Assembly (NCBI GenBank): GCA_963698055.1
Contig: OY969118.1
Location: forward strand, 133,585 to 197,584
DNA length: 64,000 bases
Direction of reading: 5' to 3'
Source: an uncultured Solirubrobacterales bacterium
GTDB lineage: Bacteria > Actinomycetota > Thermoleophilia > Solirubrobacterales > Solirubrobacteraceae
Shown here: positions 60,381 through 64,000 of the stretch, piece after piece
Layout: each line of letters begins with the position of its first letter
Position numbering within the stretch: position 1 is the stretch's first letter
Made by a program: the position numbers and the translations under genes
Notes under the pieces: generated by a model
The model's database searches: none
Told to the model about the DNA's origin: nothing
Seen by the model: the letters and a program-made list of their open reading frames with translations, nothing else

Positions 60381-60962
60381 CTAAAAAGCGAGCAGCGTTG
60401 CTCCAGCAAAAATGAGGAGCGCGAAGCAGCGTTGCACCGCAAGACGATGCGCTGCTCCCAGAGCTCGATTGAGGCGCGCGGAGAGAAACGCTAGGCCAGA
60501 GAACCACGCCGTCGTACCGGCGGCGACGCCTAGCACCCATAGTGCGAGGTTCAGCAAGCCGTGGGGATGGGCGATCGCCAAAGCAGAGAGACCGAGCCAA
60601 AGTGCCGCGGTGCCTGGGTTTAGCGCGGCAATCCCGATCGTGGTACGAGGCGATAGTGTAGATAGGCGGCGCGACCAAAGGGCTGCAGCCGCGAGGAGAC
60701 AGAAGGCAACTGCGACGACATGCATGAGCTGGGCGCTGACGGTGTTAGCTGCGATGACCCCCAGTGAGGCAAGAAGCGCGTACACCGCATCTGTGGTGGC
60801 TGCGCCGACGACGATAGGAAGAGCTCCTCGCGCTCCGTCACGCGCCATGGCCATGCATAGGGCCGTGTTAGCTCCTGGCGGGATCGAGACTATGAGAGCA
60901 AATACGAAGCCCAATCCGAGGACATTCATGGCCGCGAACAGGTCTTGTTGAGGAAGTGGCAC
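60381..60962 (-). CDS. LysE/RhtB-family translocator
   Basis: SIPPGANT, GAATTD, LNPGT..LW and GVAAGTTAW motifs. Confidence 0.8.
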   Translation of the reverse strand: MPLPQQDLFAAMNVLGLGFVFALIVSIPPGANTALCMAMARDGARGALPIVVGAATTDAVYALLASLGVIAANTVSAQLMHVVAVAFCLLAAAALWSRRLSTLSPRTTIGIAALNPGTAALWLGLSALAIAHPHGLLNLALWVLGVAAGTTAWFSGLAFLSARLNRALGAAHRLAVQRCFALLIFAGATLLAF

Positions 60963-61084
60963 ACAGCCTTAGTCTGGAGCGGAAGATAGGGGCTTGTCAA
61001 GAGTCCGGGTCGTCGCTGCTCAAAACAGTAGCCGCTAGCCGCATCGGTCTTTCCTACCCGGCTAGCGATGTCTCTGTTGATCCG

Positions 61085-61705
61085 CTATCCAGAGACCATC
61101 ATGCTAGCCATTTGATGGTTGGTAACCGGGAGTTTGGGGAGAAGCTCAAGATCCGTGTATAGACCCTCGCTAGCACGATAGGTTGCTACCGTCTGCCATA
61201 GTTTTCCTGCGACGTCTTGGTAACTCACGGTTATCTCGAAGTCGCTCACGGTCGATAGCTCCTCGGCAACCTCAAGCTCGACCGGAAGGAGGCGATGTGC
61301 CCCGAGGCCGGCAAGACGTCCGGTCGCGCGCTGCTGCGGCGGCTCGCCTTGGCCAGACAATGTCACCCAGACGATGGTCTCGAGTGCTGGCCCAGGCCCT
61401 ATGTTCTCCATGGGTATCCAGAGCGTTCTGCGGTTGATCAGCTGAGGGCCTAGAGATGGCGAGGCAGGATCATCGGGTCGGAGCTTCCGCGTAGCGTCGA
61501 TGATCGGCACGATGATAGGCCGATGGGCTTCCGTCACCTCACGCCGCGACAGCTCAACCTCTTCATCGGTCTGCCTGAGGGCGCGCTTTGTGTAGCTCAA
61601 GGAGCGAAGCGAGAGAATCAACGCGCCTAGCGTCAAAAGCGCAAGTATTAGGGTGGCGAAACCAGTCGGATCGACGTCATCAGTGAACTCTATCCCTGGT
61701 ATCAC
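61085..61705 (-). CDS. Hypothetical membrane-anchored protein
   Basis: N-terminal TM, coiled coil and beta-rich domain (ENIGPGPA, YQDVAG); TAGAAT 6 nt upstream. Confidence 0.65.
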   Translation of the reverse strand: MIPGIEFTDDVDPTGFATLILALLTLGALILSLRSLSYTKRALRQTDEEVELSRREVTEAHRPIIVPIIDATRKLRPDDPASPSLGPQLINRRTLWIPMENIGPGPALETIVWVTLSGQGEPPQQRATGRLAGLGAHRLLPVELEVAEELSTVSDFEITVSYQDVAGKLWQTVATYRASEGLYTDLELLPKLPVTNHQMASMMVSG

Positions 61706-61773
61706 ACCAGGATTCTACGTGCAACGGTCCTCGTCTGCCTGCCGGAGCTCGCGCGCCTCGGCGGTGGGATTGG

Positions 61774-61908
61774 CAGGATCATCGTCGAGATCTCCGGCTG
61801 TGAGAGCTGCTCGCCGGCAACTTCAACGCGGGCGTCGCCGTTCGGGCCTGCGACGACCTTGTACGAGGCGATCGACTCCTCCTCGCGCACCTCGCCCTCC
61901 GTGCGGCG
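61774..61908 (-). pseudogene. dnaK: Internal dnaK (Hsp70) fragment
   Basis: EVREEESIASYKVVAGPNGDARVEVAGEQLSQPEISTMIL resembles the DnaK segment ending in SPPEISAMIL. Confidence 0.7.
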
Positions 61909-62055
61909 CACGCATGCACAGCTCGATCGGTGGACGTGACCTGAAAGCCCGCTAGTTCTAGCGAGAGTCGCTGGCATCTGTCAATCGGCCATCGAATGAC
62001 GAGTGGCTGCGACACGCGGTGACGGCGCACAAGTGCCGTTGCCCGACGCGTCGAT

Positions 62056-62083
62056 GCGAGGGCGGCAGGAGTGCCGCCCTCGC
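62056..62083 (-). terminator. Perfect 12-bp hairpin downstream of the Phi-1-like gene
   Basis: GCGAGGGCGGCA-GGAG-TGCCGCCCTCGC. Confidence 0.65.
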
Positions 62084-62109
62084 GGGGTTGGCTATGCGGC
62101 GGCCGGTCT

Positions 62110-63087
62110 CTAAGCGGCTGGTCCGTCGGCTTTGTTGGACCACATGAGTTGGATTGGGACTTGCCCGTTGCCGTTGGCGAGTGGGATCTCTTTGAAGACG
62201 AGGTCGAGGTTTCCGCCGCAGGCGTTGATGGGTAGGTCGCCGATCTCTCCGTGTCCTGTTTGGGAGTACCAGCCGAGGAGTGCTCCCTTGCCGGTGGCGT
62301 TGACATCCTCGACGTCGGGGTCGGTGCGGGCCTCGTTGAGCTCGTGGTAGAAAGTCGCTACGACGCTCTTCCACGGTTCGTTGAACGCGACGATGCCGTT
62401 GTGACCCTCGGAGTACACGCCGATGGCGTAGTAGACGGTGGTGTCCGGCTCGGGGTGGATGCTGCCGTGGTAGCCGCCAAGTCCTTCCTTTGAGCTTGCC
62501 GCGTCGTCGTCTTCGAGCTTGATCGTGCCAGCGCGGCGGCGCTCGTGCTCTTGCTCCGCGCCCGCGGGCGCTTTGAAGCCGGGGGAGAAGTCGTCGGAGA
62601 GAACTACCCCGGCAGGCAACATGATGTTGATGACGCAGCTCGCGGGATCCTCCGCGCCGAGGACACCTTCGCGGTGCAGCTGCGCCGCGAGCTGCTCAGC
62701 GGTGTCCTTGTAGACGGTCTTCGGGACCGGCGCTTCGTGTACCGCCGAGGGCAGCATGCGCGAGGTGATCGGCCCGTTGTAGTACTGCGCGATCACGCCC
62801 TGCAGGTCTGCGTCACTCATCGCCTCCTCGAGGCTGCTGTCGATGTTGTCCATCACTTCAGCCTCGGGCCACGCGTCGACGCCTCCGACATAGCGGTTGA
62901 CGAACACCAGGTCGCTGATCGTGCGGCCCCCGACCTGTTCGAGGTTCCAATCCGGCTGCGGTTCAAAGCCTTCAGCCAGCGCCGCCGAGCGAGCCTTGCC
63001 GGTGTGTTTCGGCTTTGGTGCGTGCGTCGCACGGTGCGCCGCAGAACCCGGCGCCAACACCACATTCAAGCTCCGATCATCCATCAT
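62110..63087 (-). CDS. Phi-1/EXORDIUM-like putative metalloprotein
   Basis: GGYHG, HELNEARTDP, GWY and EIGD motifs. Confidence 0.55.
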   Translation of the reverse strand: MMDDRSLNVVLAPGSAAHRATHAPKPKHTGKARSAALAEGFEPQPDWNLEQVGGRTISDLVFVNRYVGGVDAWPEAEVMDNIDSSLEEAMSDADLQGVIAQYYNGPITSRMLPSAVHEAPVPKTVYKDTAEQLAAQLHREGVLGAEDPASCVINIMLPAGVVLSDDFSPGFKAPAGAEQEHERRRAGTIKLEDDDAASSKEGLGGYHGSIHPEPDTTVYYAIGVYSEGHNGIVAFNEPWKSVVATFYHELNEARTDPDVEDVNATGKGALLGWYSQTGHGEIGDLPINACGGNLDLVFKEIPLANGNGQVPIQLMWSNKADGPAA

Positions 63088-63279
63088 GCCCCCAATCGCG
63101 AAAGATCACATAGTCGACGCTCAAGCATACTCCCCACACACCAAAAAATGGAACGATCCTGTTACGCGGAAGCGCGCAAGCGACCGGTCGTTCTGCGCCG
63201 AAACTCGCCTTAGTGTGCGTGCCCAAGGCTATGCAGAGAGATGGGAGCTTCGCCCCACCCGCCAGGGCACTGGGAGACG

Positions 63280-63904
63280 CTAGGTCGCCGGTAGCTTGAG
63301 CGCCGCCAGCGACGTAGATGAGACGAGCGCGTCTTGAGGAGTGTGTGAGTCGTAGCGGGCGTCGACCGCGATGCTCACTGTGTGGGTTCCGGCTGGTGCC
63401 TTGGCGAGCGACTGGCTCGGGATGTAGACGGTTTGACCGCCCTCAAGACGCACCTGCCCTTCATCAACGCGCCGCTTGTCGAGGAACACGACAAACCCGA
63501 TAGTCGCCCCGGGTGTCCTTGGCGCCTTCGTTCTTGAGCGCGAGCACCCCTGAAATATAGAGCTGACCGGACCCTCGCATGGAGAGACGAAGCGAGCGAT
63601 TGACCTCTCCAAGTCCCGCTGGGGGCGGAACGCAGGGTGGTGCGACCTCACCCTGTTCGAGCGGAGTATTGCAAGCGGTTTTTGGAAGATCAGCCGGGTG
63701 CGCATCCACCGCAGCACGCGCACCCAGCGGAAAGCCCAGCGTCCTCGGTGTCACAGCGCCGGCCCGAAGCTGCCGGTCACCGACACTATTCGCAGGCAGG
63801 ACGAGCGCCGCGTAGGAGACGCCCCCGAGGCAGAGAAACAGCGCCAGCGTCGAGACGAGATTGGCGTAGCTCAACTTCTCGCGCCATGAGCCCTTCACGC
63901 TCAT
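63280..63904 (-). CDS. Secreted hypothetical protein (one frameshift near 63510)
   Basis: Signal region YANLVSTLALFLCLGGVSYAA..NSVG..QL..GAVT continues in the second frame as ATIGFVVFLD...AGTHTVSI. Confidence 0.6.
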
Positions 63905-64000
63905 CGACTCTACCCATCTTCAACGCCCGAAGCCCGGCGTTTACGCCGTGCTTCCTGGTGGCCTCTTGGAGGTCGGCCTACCCTGGCCGGTCGGGCGTCC

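Noticed and set aside
57000-64000. Prophage or IS element as the origin of the low-GC tail
   Set aside because: No integrase, transposase, phage gene, tRNA or terminal repeat was recognised within the window.

Overview
High-GC actinobacterial chromosome segment; the gene repertoire suggests Thermoleophilia/Solirubrobacterales (inference). In order: an FAD oxidase; a HEPN/MNT module; an isobutyryl-CoA-mutase-type large subunit; two tandem arylsulfotransferase-family proteins; a double TetR; a desaturase with a two-component system; VapBC; a DosS-like hypoxia/redox island (two NarL regulators, two Usp proteins, FtsH, an SQR-like flavoprotein); and a SigF/SigB-type stress block (TopIB, DUF1360, then NodB deacetylase / acyl-CoA dehydrogenase / NodS methyltransferase / GT2::GpgS fusion). 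These are followed by Moco synthesis, modAB and formate dehydrogenase (37.7-44.2 kb is heavily frameshifted, probably consensus errors), a second desaturase, MarR/MFS, a cold-shock protein and MazEF. A lower-GC accessory tail (57-64 kb) carries a glyA copy, a probable HEPN-like::PduX-type GHMP kinase fusion, LysE, a dnaK remnant and a Phi-1/EXORDIUM-like protein. The best candidates for undescribed systems are the deacetylase-ACAD-NodS-GT2::GpgS operon and the glyA / HEPN-like::GHMP kinase / LysE island. I recognised no rRNA, tRNA, CRISPR array or intact transposase. All family assignments come from motif recognition, not database searches.
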